The notes: a model not told the origin generated them from the letters alone. DNA of 64,000 nucleotides from a virus (IMGVR_UViG_3300025934_000014:1-64000); one strand, 5' to 3'; shown: positions 48,895 to 58,053, counted from the first letter of the stretch. Program-made: numbers and translations.

Positions 48895-51302
48895 GAGACG
48901 CCCACGCCGACCGATTCGCGTTGAAGGCTGGTGACTTCGTCATCGTCTCCAAGGCGAAGAAGGCGCTGAGCGCGGACCCGTTCCTCCTCGGGGATACCGA
49001 GGGGCATCCGTTTCGCGGGAACCAGTACACCAACGCGGGTGAACACGTCGAGGTCGAGGGCCGGTCGATCAAGGTCACGCACAGTGCTCGCGCTCGACGC
49101 GCTGGCGACGTGCTCGTGCCCGTGGACATGGCGAAGTTCGATGCCGCATGGAAGCAGGACACCGGCTTCCACATCGACCCGTCAGGCACCGGCGCGATTC
49201 ACGGGCGGCTGGAGCGCATTGCGGACTTCCTGAAGACCTCGCCGCAGATGGACGCCGCCGAGGTCAACGTCGATGCCGATGGCCGCGTCGGCTTCACGAA
49301 CGGGCGTCACCGCATGGCCTACCTGCGCGACAAGGGCGTGACGCGGGTGCCGGTGTCGATGACGAAGGAGTCGCGAGCGAACGCGAAGAAGCATGGGCTG
49401 ATCGCCGCCGAGCGCACGGACCTCCGTGGGCTGTTCCAGTTGTACAGCGATGACCAGCCGCGCGATGAGCAGGGCCGGTTCGCGGAGACGGGTTCGTCGC
49501 CGTACGCGGCCGAGCCGCGCGTGTTCAATACCGACGATGACCTGATCTCGGAACGGAACTGGGGCAAGGACCAGTGGGTCTGGAAGGACAAGAAAACCGG
49601 CAAGGGGTCCGGGATGCTGCTGACCGGCGAACCGATCCCGCGTGCGCAGCTACCGACGGAGTTGTACCACGTCACGACGAACGCGCCAGCGGTCGAGGCC
49701 AGCGGCGTGCTCTTGGGTCAGCGATCCGATGCCGGGCTTGGCGGCGGGCAGGCTGACGGCGTGTCGTTCACCTCGTCCAAAGAGGACGCACGGGTCATCC
49801 AGCGCGAACTGGTGCGCAGCGTGAAGATCGCCCGAGGCGACGACGACGGCATGGACGCTATCGCGCAGTACGCGCGTGAGGACGAGAAGGAGGCGGGACT
49901 GCCGCCGGGCACGCTCGACCACGCCGTGGAGTTCGCCCGGAGCGGCTGGGATGCGGGAGCGCAGTCGCGCACGGCCACCTTCACGGACGGGGCGTATCAC
50001 GACGACATTCCGCTGCCGAAGGACGAGCAGGCCCGGTTGCGTCGGAGCAGCACGAAGGATGCGTTGAACGCGTACCTTCAGATTCGCGGCCACCATGACG
50101 ACACGCATCCGATCCTGAAGAACCCGATCCTGTTTGGCCGTCAAGAGAAGCTCGCGAAGATCGACCCCGACTCGATCAAGACACTGACGATCCCGACGAA
50201 GAACATCCCGGCCAAGGCGCTGGTCACAACCGGGTCCGACAAGTTCCTGCATGAGGTCCGGGCGTACGCGGACGTACCGGCCGGTGGTGCGACTGCGACG
50301 AAGCTGTACCGGGACAAGCTCGTGTCGATTATCAATCTGCCCGACATCAGTGACGTGTCGTTCCCGTCGATGGTCGGGGCGATCCCGTCGAAGCCACCCA
50401 AGCGGAAACGGACGCGCACGCTCTACAAGGGCGTGAGCCTGAGCCGACGGCCGATGAAGTTCGAGGCCAAGGTGCTGTCGCTGACGGAGATCCCCCGGCG
50501 ACTCGACGCGTGCCGCGACACGCTGCTGGGTTGTGACGAGGACCGCTGGCGCGACACGCTGCACGATCTCGCCGCGTACGGCGCGAGCGAAGTGCTGATG
50601 GAACTGGTGCGGCAGGGCGCACCGGCGCGGCTGGGCACGCGCGAGATCCCGGTCGATGTGGACGGCATCTGCGCGGCGGTGCTGGCTGACCGGGCACGGG
50701 CGCTCACCAGCCTGCGCGAGGACTACGAGGCGCGGCTCCGGCGGCGACGGATCGGGGCCGACCGGCGCGAGGCGCTCACCCGGTCGTTCACGGATCGGCG
50801 CTCGCCGTCGCTGCTGAAGCGGTTCGCCAGCCGGGCGACCAACGAAGCGTTCGCGCTGGGTCGCTCGACGGCGATGCAGGCGCTCCGGCGCTCGCGCATC
50901 CCGCTGGAGTTTGAACTGGCCTACCGGGACGAGAACGGCAAGTTCATCAGCAAGGCCGAGGCCGTGGCCGGGGGCGAGGCCATCGTGGACGCGGTCATCC
51001 AGACGGCGGTCATGGACACGGGCACGTGCGATGAGTGCGCTGAGGTCGATGGCGAGTCGATGGAACTGGGCAGCGACCGGCAGGAGGAACTGCGCCCACC
51101 CTACGTGAAGTGCCTCGGCGGGGATGCCTGCCGGTGCGTCCAGATCGCGCTCCTCTCCGACGGCAGCGAAATCGACGTGGACGAAATTGACGAGGACACG
51201 CTGGGCGACCACGAGAGCGACAAGCCGAGTAAGCCGAGCACGAAGGCCGCGCCCGAGGCCGACACGGCCGATACCGGCGACGAGAGTGATAGCGAGGATT
51301 GA
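48891..51302 (+). CDS. MuF-like minor head protein fused to tagged ParB-like and ART-like domains
   Basis: GTG start overlapping the previous stop; FTNGRHRMAYLRDKG; LYHVTT...GVSFT...HEV; C-terminal TAVMDTGTCDECAEVDG...PP...CLGGDACRCV (MuF Cys motif). Confidence 0.78.
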   Translation: MRDAHADRFALKAGDFVIVSKAKKALSADPFLLGDTEGHPFRGNQYTNAGEHVEVEGRSIKVTHSARARRAGDVLVPVDMAKFDAAWKQDTGFHIDPSGTGAIHGRLERIADFLKTSPQMDAAEVNVDADGRVGFTNGRHRMAYLRDKGVTRVPVSMTKESRANAKKHGLIAAERTDLRGLFQLYSDDQPRDEQGRFAETGSSPYAAEPRVFNTDDDLISERNWGKDQWVWKDKKTGKGSGMLLTGEPIPRAQLPTELYHVTTNAPAVEASGVLLGQRSDAGLGGGQADGVSFTSSKEDARVIQRELVRSVKIARGDDDGMDAIAQYAREDEKEAGLPPGTLDHAVEFARSGWDAGAQSRTATFTDGAYHDDIPLPKDEQARLRRSSTKDALNAYLQIRGHHDDTHPILKNPILFGRQEKLAKIDPDSIKTLTIPTKNIPAKALVTTGSDKFLHEVRAYADVPAGGATATKLYRDKLVSIINLPDISDVSFPSMVGAIPSKPPKRKRTRTLYKGVSLSRRPMKFEAKVLSLTEIPRRLDACRDTLLGCDEDRWRDTLHDLAAYGASEVLMELVRQGAPARLGTREIPVDVDGICAAVLADRARALTSLREDYEARLRRRRIGADRREALTRSFTDRRSPSLLKRFASRATNEAFALGRSTAMQALRRSRIPLEFELAYRDENGKFISKAEAVAGGEAIVDAVIQTAVMDTGTCDECAEVDGESMELGSDRQEELRPPYVKCLGGDACRCVQIALLSDGSEIDVDEIDEDTLGDHESDKPSKPSTKAAPEADTADTGDESDSED

Positions 51303-51646
51303 TGCCGACGGCGACGACCCATCACGGTACCGTGAAAACTCTGCTCCTGATTCTGGCGAAGGTGCTGGGGGCGGACGCGGCCGAGGAGCGACCCCCGGCG
51401 ACCGAGAAGCTCGTGGATCGGCTCGACGTGACCGTGGACGCGTACTGCCCGTGCGGCTCGACGCATCTGCATCACCTCACGCTCGTGTCTACGTCGGAGT
51501 GCGCCCGGTGCAGCCGGACGCTGGCGATTCGCTCGATCCAGTACGTGCGGTCGAACTTCGGGACGATCCCGCAGGCACAGGTGTCGGTCGGCTACGTGTT
51601 CACGCCGGATTCGCTGCGGCGTCGGCGGACCACCGGGGTGCATTGA
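51299..51646 (+). CDS. Hypothetical Zn-ribbon protein
   Basis: CPCG...CARC. Confidence 0.55.
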   Translation: MMPTATTHHGTVKTLLLILAKVLGADAAEERPPATEKLVDRLDVTVDAYCPCGSTHLHHLTLVSTSECARCSRTLAIRSIQYVRSNFGTIPQAQVSVGYVFTPDSLRRRRTTGVH

Positions 51647-51936
51647 GTGGACTGCGGACGCATCTGTCAATGGGACAGCCCGGCGGTTCGGCTGGAGCAG
51701 CGGACGGGCATCTGGCACTGGCACTTCAGGTGCCGGAAATGCCTCCGGATAATATCGTTCACGTCCGCGTACGCCCCGAGTTCGCGGAGCGGGTCCAATA
51801 GATTCAACAACTTACAGGAACGTGTTGCGCCTCAGCCCGAAGCAATCGCAAAGTATGGGGGTTTGGCGGCGGCATCACCCCACCGCTAGTCCCATGTTTT
51901 CATCTTGACTTTGTCGGACAACCTTGCGGTGTTCCA

Positions 51937-53805
51937 ATGGCTGATCTGACGCGCGTCATCCTCTCGACTCCCTCCCTGCTGAGCGCGATCACGCTGAGCG
52001 GCACGGGCAAGCGCAGTTGGATCCAACTCGCGCGTACGGGTTCCTTCACGTCCAGTCGCTACGGCAAGTTCAGCATCACCAAGGACGACCTGTCCTCGAT
52101 GCTGCACAACTTCAAGACCATCACGCCGAAGAACCCGACCGAACTGCCGATTGATTGGGACCACCTCTCGATGGACCCCAAGAAGCCGGGCGACGGGGCG
52201 GCAGCGGCGTGGATGAAGAACCTTGAACTGCGTGACGACGGCGACACGCTCTGGGCCGAGGTCGAGTGGACGCCGAAGGGCATGGACGCGGTCGAGAACA
52301 AGGAGTACCGGTTCATCAGCCCGTCGTTCGTGAAGAACCACACGCACAAGGACGGGTCGAAGATCGGCACGACGTTGCTGGCGGCGGCGATCACGAATCA
52401 TCCGTTCCTTGAAGGGATGACGGCGCTGTCGCTCTACTCGTGCAAGGAAGTGCCGTTCATGGACTTCACCAAGACGGGGACGCTCGATGTGTCCGCGCAC
52501 GAACTGGTGAACCTGTCCACGACGGAAGGCACCAAGGCCGGGATGCGCGTCATGATCGCGCCGGGCAACGCCCGGACGCAGGACGAGATCGGCGCGACAT
52601 TCGAGATTGCCGAAGTGGTCGGGGAAGGGGACGACGCCTTCGTGTCCGTGAAGGATGCGAACGGCATGATCCACAAGTGGTTCCGCGCGACGGAACTGCT
52701 GCCTGCCAGTGCGACACCCGCCAACCCTCAGCATCCGGGCCTGACGCCGGGCGCAGCGCCGACCGTGCCGGTGCCGGGCCTGCCGGGACCGGGGGTGCCG
52801 GGGATCCCCGGTGCGCCGGGCGTGGTGCCGCCACAGGCTCCTATCGCGGCGCTGCCGGGCCAGCAGGGTGTTGCGCCCAACACAGCGGCGGTGGTGAATC
52901 CGACCAACCCGAATACGCCGGTGACGGATCCAGCGGCTCCCGTGACCCCGCAGGTACCGAATCCGGTCGGGGCCAAGCTGGAACAGAAAGCCGCTGGCTC
53001 GCAGGAGAAGGACGGCGCGGACGGCAAGGGCGGCAATCCCTTCGCGAAGGGCGAGGGCGACAAGAAGCCCGACGTGAGCGCGAAGGTCGATAAGGGTGCC
53101 GACGGCGAAGCCACGGTCGTCACCAAATCCGGGACCGACGGCGACGAGTCAAAAGTCGCCGCTGTCGTCAACAACCTGCCGCTTCCAGACGAGTTGAAGC
53201 AAGCCATCGCGGCTGCGTTGGCTGCGGCTGCGGCCAACCCACAGCAGAAGGGAATGCACATGAAGTTCATGCTGAAGAACGACGCCGGTGGCGAGGTGGA
53301 AGTCAGCCTCGAACAGTTGGAAGCCGCTGGCGTCAAGATCGTCAAGGACGGCGAGACGGTCATCCCGAAGGCGGACCTGACCAACTTGCAGTCGCAGGTG
53401 GTGTCGCTGTCTTCACGGCTCGATCAGACCGAGAAGGAAAAGTCCACGGCGGCGATGACGGTCGAACTGAACCGGCTGTCGCAGGGCGCGTTCATCACGA
53501 AGCCCGAGCGCGACTGGGCCGAGAAGATGTGGAAGGACACCGTGGACCTCTCCGGGTTCCGCGAGTGGGCCGCGACCAAGACCACGCCCGTTATCTCGCT
53601 GAACAAGGAGCACGGCTCCGGCGGCAAGGCCGAAGGCGATGCGAAGACCAACGGCGAGCAGGCCGAGGAGAAGCTGATCGAACTGTCGCGGAAGATCGCG
53701 AAGGACGAAGGCATCTCGCTGCGGGACGCGACGATCAAGGCGGGAACGCAGTTGGCGGGTGACGCCGAAGCGTACCGCGAGCGGTTCGCCTCGGCGGACG
53801 CGTAA
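51937..53805 (+). CDS. Mu-like prohead protease with C-terminal scaffold
   Basis: WIQLARTG, LPIDWDH, AAAWMKNL, LWAEVEWT, EYRFISPSF, AAITNHPFLEGM; coiled-coil scaffold C-terminus. Confidence 0.9.
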   Translation: MADLTRVILSTPSLLSAITLSGTGKRSWIQLARTGSFTSSRYGKFSITKDDLSSMLHNFKTITPKNPTELPIDWDHLSMDPKKPGDGAAAAWMKNLELRDDGDTLWAEVEWTPKGMDAVENKEYRFISPSFVKNHTHKDGSKIGTTLLAAAITNHPFLEGMTALSLYSCKEVPFMDFTKTGTLDVSAHELVNLSTTEGTKAGMRVMIAPGNARTQDEIGATFEIAEVVGEGDDAFVSVKDANGMIHKWFRATELLPASATPANPQHPGLTPGAAPTVPVPGLPGPGVPGIPGAPGVVPPQAPIAALPGQQGVAPNTAAVVNPTNPNTPVTDPAAPVTPQVPNPVGAKLEQKAAGSQEKDGADGKGGNPFAKGEGDKKPDVSAKVDKGADGEATVVTKSGTDGDESKVAAVVNNLPLPDELKQAIAAALAAAAANPQQKGMHMKFMLKNDAGGEVEVSLEQLEAAGVKIVKDGETVIPKADLTNLQSQVVSLSSRLDQTEKEKSTAAMTVELNRLSQGAFITKPERDWAEKMWKDTVDLSGFREWAATKTTPVISLNKEHGSGGKAEGDAKTNGEQAEEKLIELSRKIAKDEGISLRDATIKAGTQLAGDAEAYRERFASADA

Positions 53806-53915
53806 TCACGATCCACTCGTGTAGGGGCCGCATCCACGGTCCCGAACCACCTCACTGCCCGTGAGGTGCCGGAGAGGGATCTCCGGATCGCGAGTGACAA
53901 GGGCTGCACGGGATT

Positions 53916-53974
53916 GGGCCTCCCTGCCTGCACGCGACCAGTGGTGTCGTGGCGGTAGTGGAGGCCCGTTTTTT
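53916..53974 (+). terminator. Intrinsic terminator-like hairpin upstream of the capsid genes
   Basis: GGGCCTCC...GGAGGCCC followed by GTTTTTT. Confidence 0.6.
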
Positions 53975-54032
53975 GTGGCCCGACCTTTTTGACTTTGGCA
54001 GGAACAGCGTTACCAGAGGAGCGGAGACGAGC

Positions 54033-54428
54033 ATGCGCATTCATATGCCCGGCATGGACATGACGCTGGAATCAGCGGCGGACCTGTCCACCCATCAGTA
54101 CAAGTTCGTGATTGGAGCGGCAGCAGTCGCGGGTGGTCAGCAGGCGCGTGTCAACGTGTCCGGCGCGAATGGCCGCTCCATCGGCATCCTCCAGAACAAG
54201 CCGTCGGCGGCGGGACTGGGGGCGGTCGTCCGCGTGAGCGGCCGGTCGAAGCTCCAGACCGACACCAGCGCCATCCTCGTCGGCTCGCCGCTCAAGGCGG
54301 GTCCGGCTGGTGAAGGCTCGCTGGCAGCGGCGGACAAGGACAAGGTCGGCGCGATTGCGATGGAAGCCAATGGTGGCGCGGCCATCATCATCGACTCGCT
54401 GATCATGCAGTACGACCTCGCGGTCTAA
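54033..54428 (+). CDS. Capsid decoration/cement protein (DUF2190-like)
   Basis: SAADLSTHQYKFV...IGILQNKP...GAIAMEA; located between protease and MCP. Confidence 0.8.
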   Translation: MRIHMPGMDMTLESAADLSTHQYKFVIGAAAVAGGQQARVNVSGANGRSIGILQNKPSAAGLGAVVRVSGRSKLQTDTSAILVGSPLKAGPAGEGSLAAADKDKVGAIAMEANGGAAIIIDSLIMQYDLAV

Positions 54429-54540
54429 CGCGAGGTGTTCGACATCGTTGGGACAGCGGACGCGCGACCGCACGCTGAGTGCCGGAGGCACCGTGTCGCG
54501 GGGGTCACTGTCATGAACCGTTTGAGCAAGGGCGACATCA

Positions 54541-55467
54541 ATGCCGCTGATCACATCCGTTAAATTCGACCAACTGCTGACGAACATCTCGTTGCAGTTT
54601 GCCGCAGCGCCCGAAGGCTATCTGGCCGACGAAGTGCTGCCGCCGGTCCCGGTCGCCAAGGAGTCAGCGGCGTACTGGGTCTACGACAAGAGCCGCATGG
54701 ACGCGCCGGACTCCAAGCGTGCGCCACGCAGCCAGTACAACCGGATCGACTGGAACGTCACCACGGACACCTACTTGGCCGAACAGTACGGCCTTGAAGG
54801 GGAGATTGACGACGAGGAGCGCAAGAACGCCGCTTCGCCGCTCGACCTCGACGTGGATACGACCGAGATCGTGACGGACATGGTCCTGAACAACCGCGAG
54901 AAGCGGGTGGCGGACCTTGTGCTGAACCCGGCAATCATCACGAACAACATCACGCTGACCGGTGGCGATCAGTGGAGCGATGCCGCGAACAGCGACCCGC
55001 TCGATGATGCGAAGAATGCGCGGACCACGATCTACACCGGCGCACCGGGGTACGGCCCGAACACGATGCTCATGGGCTACCTCGTGTTCGAGGCGCTGAA
55101 GATCCATCCCGACATCAAGGAGATCGTCAAGTACACCGAACGGGCGATCATCACGCGCCAGATTCTGGCGGCGGTGTTCGAGGTGGACGAAGTCCTCGTC
55201 GGCAAGGTGATTCGCCGCGTGTCCAAGGAAGGCGCGGTCGATGCCTTCGCGGACGTGTGGGGCAAGGACGTGCTCCTGTTCTACAAGGAGAGCCGCCCCT
55301 CGCTCAAGCGTGCGTCGTTCGGCTACCAGATGCGGACGAGCGATCTGCGCGTCTTCCGGTATCGGGAGGACAAGCGGGATACCGACGTGATCCGGGTCAG
55401 CGAGAAGCAGGACGAGAAGATCGTCAGCGCCGCGCTGGCGTACTTGATCAAGGGCGCGGTTGCGTAG
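54541..55467 (+). CDS. Major capsid protein
   Basis: DQLLTNISL...YLADEVLPPVPV...NREKRVA...QWSD.ANSDP...PNTMLMG...LKIHP...SFGY; position in the head operon. Confidence 0.9.
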   Translation: MPLITSVKFDQLLTNISLQFAAAPEGYLADEVLPPVPVAKESAAYWVYDKSRMDAPDSKRAPRSQYNRIDWNVTTDTYLAEQYGLEGEIDDEERKNAASPLDLDVDTTEIVTDMVLNNREKRVADLVLNPAIITNNITLTGGDQWSDAANSDPLDDAKNARTTIYTGAPGYGPNTMLMGYLVFEALKIHPDIKEIVKYTERAIITRQILAAVFEVDEVLVGKVIRRVSKEGAVDAFADVWGKDVLLFYKESRPSLKRASFGYQMRTSDLRVFRYREDKRDTDVIRVSEKQDEKIVSAALAYLIKGAVA

Positions 55468-55510
55468 GTGATTCGGGCGCGGGTTTCGGCTCGCGCCCAG
55501 TCAACGCCTC

Positions 55511-55972
55511 ATGCCCTACGCCACCCTCGATGACGTGCAGCGGAGGATGCCGCAGTTCCAACTGACGGCGACCTCCAAGCCTGCCGCCGATTCGGCGCAA
55601 GTGTTTCTCGATGACACACACGCGCAGTTCGACGCGGCGATGGAGAACCTTGGCTACAAGATTCCCATTACCGGCGCACGGTCACTGGCGCAATCGAAAG
55701 AGATCGTCAGTCAGGGGGCGATCTGCAAGATTCTCTACGCGCGTGCGGCAGCGGTCGGCACCGAGGTCACAATGCAGAGCGCCGACCGCGCCTGCAAGCA
55801 GTACGAGAACGCGCTGAAATTATTGGCGGACCCGAACAGTCCGATTGAATTCACGGACGCGGAACGCACGGACGACATGGTGCCGAAGCCCGGTGGTGCC
55901 CCGATGGGCCTCATCTTCGATGACTGCGGCAACCGCATCGAGCCGCGCGTGACGATGAACATGAAGTTCTGA
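55511..55972 (+). CDS. Head-tail adaptor (Mu gp36-like)
   Basis: MPYATLDDV N-terminus, GYKIPI, position after MCP. Confidence 0.75.
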   Translation: MPYATLDDVQRRMPQFQLTATSKPAADSAQVFLDDTHAQFDAAMENLGYKIPITGARSLAQSKEIVSQGAICKILYARAAAVGTEVTMQSADRACKQYENALKLLADPNSPIEFTDAERTDDMVPKPGGAPMGLIFDDCGNRIEPRVTMNMKF

Positions 55973-55973
55973 G

Positions 55974-56513
55974 ATGCCGAACCAGCCTCAAGGCATCCTG
56001 AGTTTCACCGTCATCGGTGACGAAGCCGTCAAGGCGGGGATGGCCGCGCTGTTGGCGTCGGTGCAGGATCTGACGCCGTTCTGGCGTGACGTGTTCGCGC
56101 CGAAGTACTTCGGGATGGTGCAGGACTTGTTCGCCACCAGCGGCACGCCGCGTGGCGAGGGCGGACGGTTCATTGGTGGACCGTGGGCCAAGCTGTCTCC
56201 GAGGTATCGCATCTGGAAGACGGCGAACTATCCGGGGTTGCCGATCCTCACGCGCGAGGGTCGGCTGCGGAACTCGCTGGCGTGGAACGGATCGAACGTC
56301 GGACCCGAAGGCATCTTTGAAGCCCACCCGATGTTTGCGGTGGCTGGCACCTCGGTGCCCTACGGCAAGTTTCACCAGTGGGGCACGAGCAAGATGCCTG
56401 CGCGGCCGTTTCTGCCGCCGCCGGATCCAGCGGTGTTCGCGCCGTTGCTCCACGCGTGGCTCGTGAAAGCGCACGACACAGGATCGGCGTCCGCGCCGTC
56501 GGCAGGGTCATGA
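55974..56513 (+). CDS. Virion morphogenesis / tail completion protein (Mu gpG-like)
   Basis: PWAKLSP.Y...ILTREGRLRNSL...GTSVPYGKFHQWGTSKMPARPFL. Confidence 0.85.
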   Translation: MPNQPQGILSFTVIGDEAVKAGMAALLASVQDLTPFWRDVFAPKYFGMVQDLFATSGTPRGEGGRFIGGPWAKLSPRYRIWKTANYPGLPILTREGRLRNSLAWNGSNVGPEGIFEAHPMFAVAGTSVPYGKFHQWGTSKMPARPFLPPPDPAVFAPLLHAWLVKAHDTGSASAPSAGS

Positions 56514-56516
56514 CGG

Positions 56517-56987
56517 ATGTTTCACGTTACGCAGGCCAAGCGAAAGTTGCGCGACCGGTTGCAGGCCGAGTTGCCGGGGCGACTGGCCGAAGCCGACATG
56601 GCGGCTGGCGACGGCATCGTGACGCCGCCGCCGTACGAGATCCACACGACGGACAAGGCGGACCTCGGCGGCTTGCCGTCGCTCGAACTGATCGTGACGG
56701 ACTCGTCCCCGCAAGTGAATTCGTACTCGCGGGTGATGCGGCATCGCGTGGTGATCGGCGTGTCGATTGGCGGCGACACCGAGGAAACCATCTCGATCCA
56801 GTTGGAACGCTACCTGTGGTGCCTGCGAGCCATCGCGCGGGATTCGCATCTGACGCCCATCGAGGGCACCGGGCCACTCGACACAGGGGGCGAGCAGTAC
56901 ACGCCGCTGCAAAAGCGTCCGGAAACCGTCGAGACTCCGTTTGTGAAGGGCGGGTTCTTGGAAGTCTTCATCACCACGGTGGAGTAG
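56517..56987 (+). CDS. Putative tail terminator
   Basis: Size and position before the tail tube gene. Confidence 0.55.
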   Translation: MFHVTQAKRKLRDRLQAELPGRLAEADMAAGDGIVTPPPYEIHTTDKADLGGLPSLELIVTDSSPQVNSYSRVMRHRVVIGVSIGGDTEETISIQLERYLWCLRAIARDSHLTPIEGTGPLDTGGEQYTPLQKRPETVETPFVKGGFLEVFITTVE

Positions 56988-57020
56988 TGGCACCGACCAG
57001 TTTCGTCTGAGGAGTAACGA

Positions 57021-58043
57021 ATGGCCCAGAATCCAGCAAACATACACATCGGTGCCGCGAGAATCTTTCTCGGTGTGACGCCGCCTGCGACGGGCAACCC
57101 GCCGCAGCTACTGGTTCACAACGACGGCACGCCCTTGTCCGGCGTTGAGGTCGGCTACACGCAGGACGCGGCGACGTTCACCTACAAGCAGAACAAGCAA
57201 GAGGTGGTCGCGGAGCAGTCGTTGAACCCGGTCGATGTCTTCGTGGTCAGCGAAGAAATCCAGATCGAGTTCACGGCGATGGAGCACGTCTACACCACGC
57301 TGAAGGCCGCGTTCGACAACGTCGGATCGGACGACGATGCCGCTCGCATGCTGTTCTGGGGTGGCGACGGTGGCAACCTGATCAGCGTGCAGACGCAGTG
57401 CGTGGCGCTGACCTCGCGCATCCGCACGTCGCCCAAGAAGTTCGAGGTGCTGTGTCTCTATCGCGTGTACAACGTGGAAGGTGTCGCCATCCCGTACAAC
57501 CGGACGGGTGAGGCCATCTACAAGATCACGCTCAAGGGACTCGTGGACGCCAAGCGCACGGCGGGGGATCGCTTGTTCCAGTGGTTCCGCGAGAAGGCTG
57601 CTCCGCTGGCGACGGGCGCGGTGGCCGGAGCACCGGGTTCGTGGTATCCGACCGGATCGAGCGTGCCGATGACTCAGTCGGAAATGGGCGGCGTCCAGCC
57701 GGTCGATGCGACCGGGTTGATCGTGACGGCGCACTGGACGGTCGGGCAGTACGTGACGCTCGACAACGGCTCGAAGGTCTACTGGAACGAGTCGGCGTGG
57801 GTGCCGGGGATCGTTCCGGCGACGTACCCGATGACCAAGGCGACCCAAGTTCCCGGTGCGGCAGGCACGTGGTCGCCCACGGGCGGCACGATCCCGATGC
57901 ACCTGTCGGACATGGGGACCATTACGCCGGTTCCGGCGTCGGCGTGGGTCGAAGGCTCGTTCATGACGTTGGGCGATTCGTCCAAGTGCTACTGGAACAA
58001 CGCGGTCTGGGTGCAGGGAGTCGCACCCGCTGCGCTCGTGTAG
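57021..58043 (+). CDS. Major tail (tube) protein with two C-terminal decoration repeats
   Basis: NIHIGAARIF, VGYTQDAATFTY; repeats A.G..G.W.PTG...P...W..G..TL..S..YWN...WV.G twice. Confidence 0.8.
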   Translation: MAQNPANIHIGAARIFLGVTPPATGNPPQLLVHNDGTPLSGVEVGYTQDAATFTYKQNKQEVVAEQSLNPVDVFVVSEEIQIEFTAMEHVYTTLKAAFDNVGSDDDAARMLFWGGDGGNLISVQTQCVALTSRIRTSPKKFEVLCLYRVYNVEGVAIPYNRTGEAIYKITLKGLVDAKRTAGDRLFQWFREKAAPLATGAVAGAPGSWYPTGSSVPMTQSEMGGVQPVDATGLIVTAHWTVGQYVTLDNGSKVYWNESAWVPGIVPATYPMTKATQVPGAAGTWSPTGGTIPMHLSDMGTITPVPASAWVEGSFMTLGDSSKCYWNNAVWVQGVAPAALV

Positions 58044-58053
58044 ATCGGTTCGT

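Noticed and set aside
24832-51212. Long minus-strand ORFs opposite structural and effector genes (e.g. 28005-29825, 34759-36279, 49650-51212)
   Set aside because: Antisense shadows typical of high-GC3 coding DNA, with no motifs or RBS.
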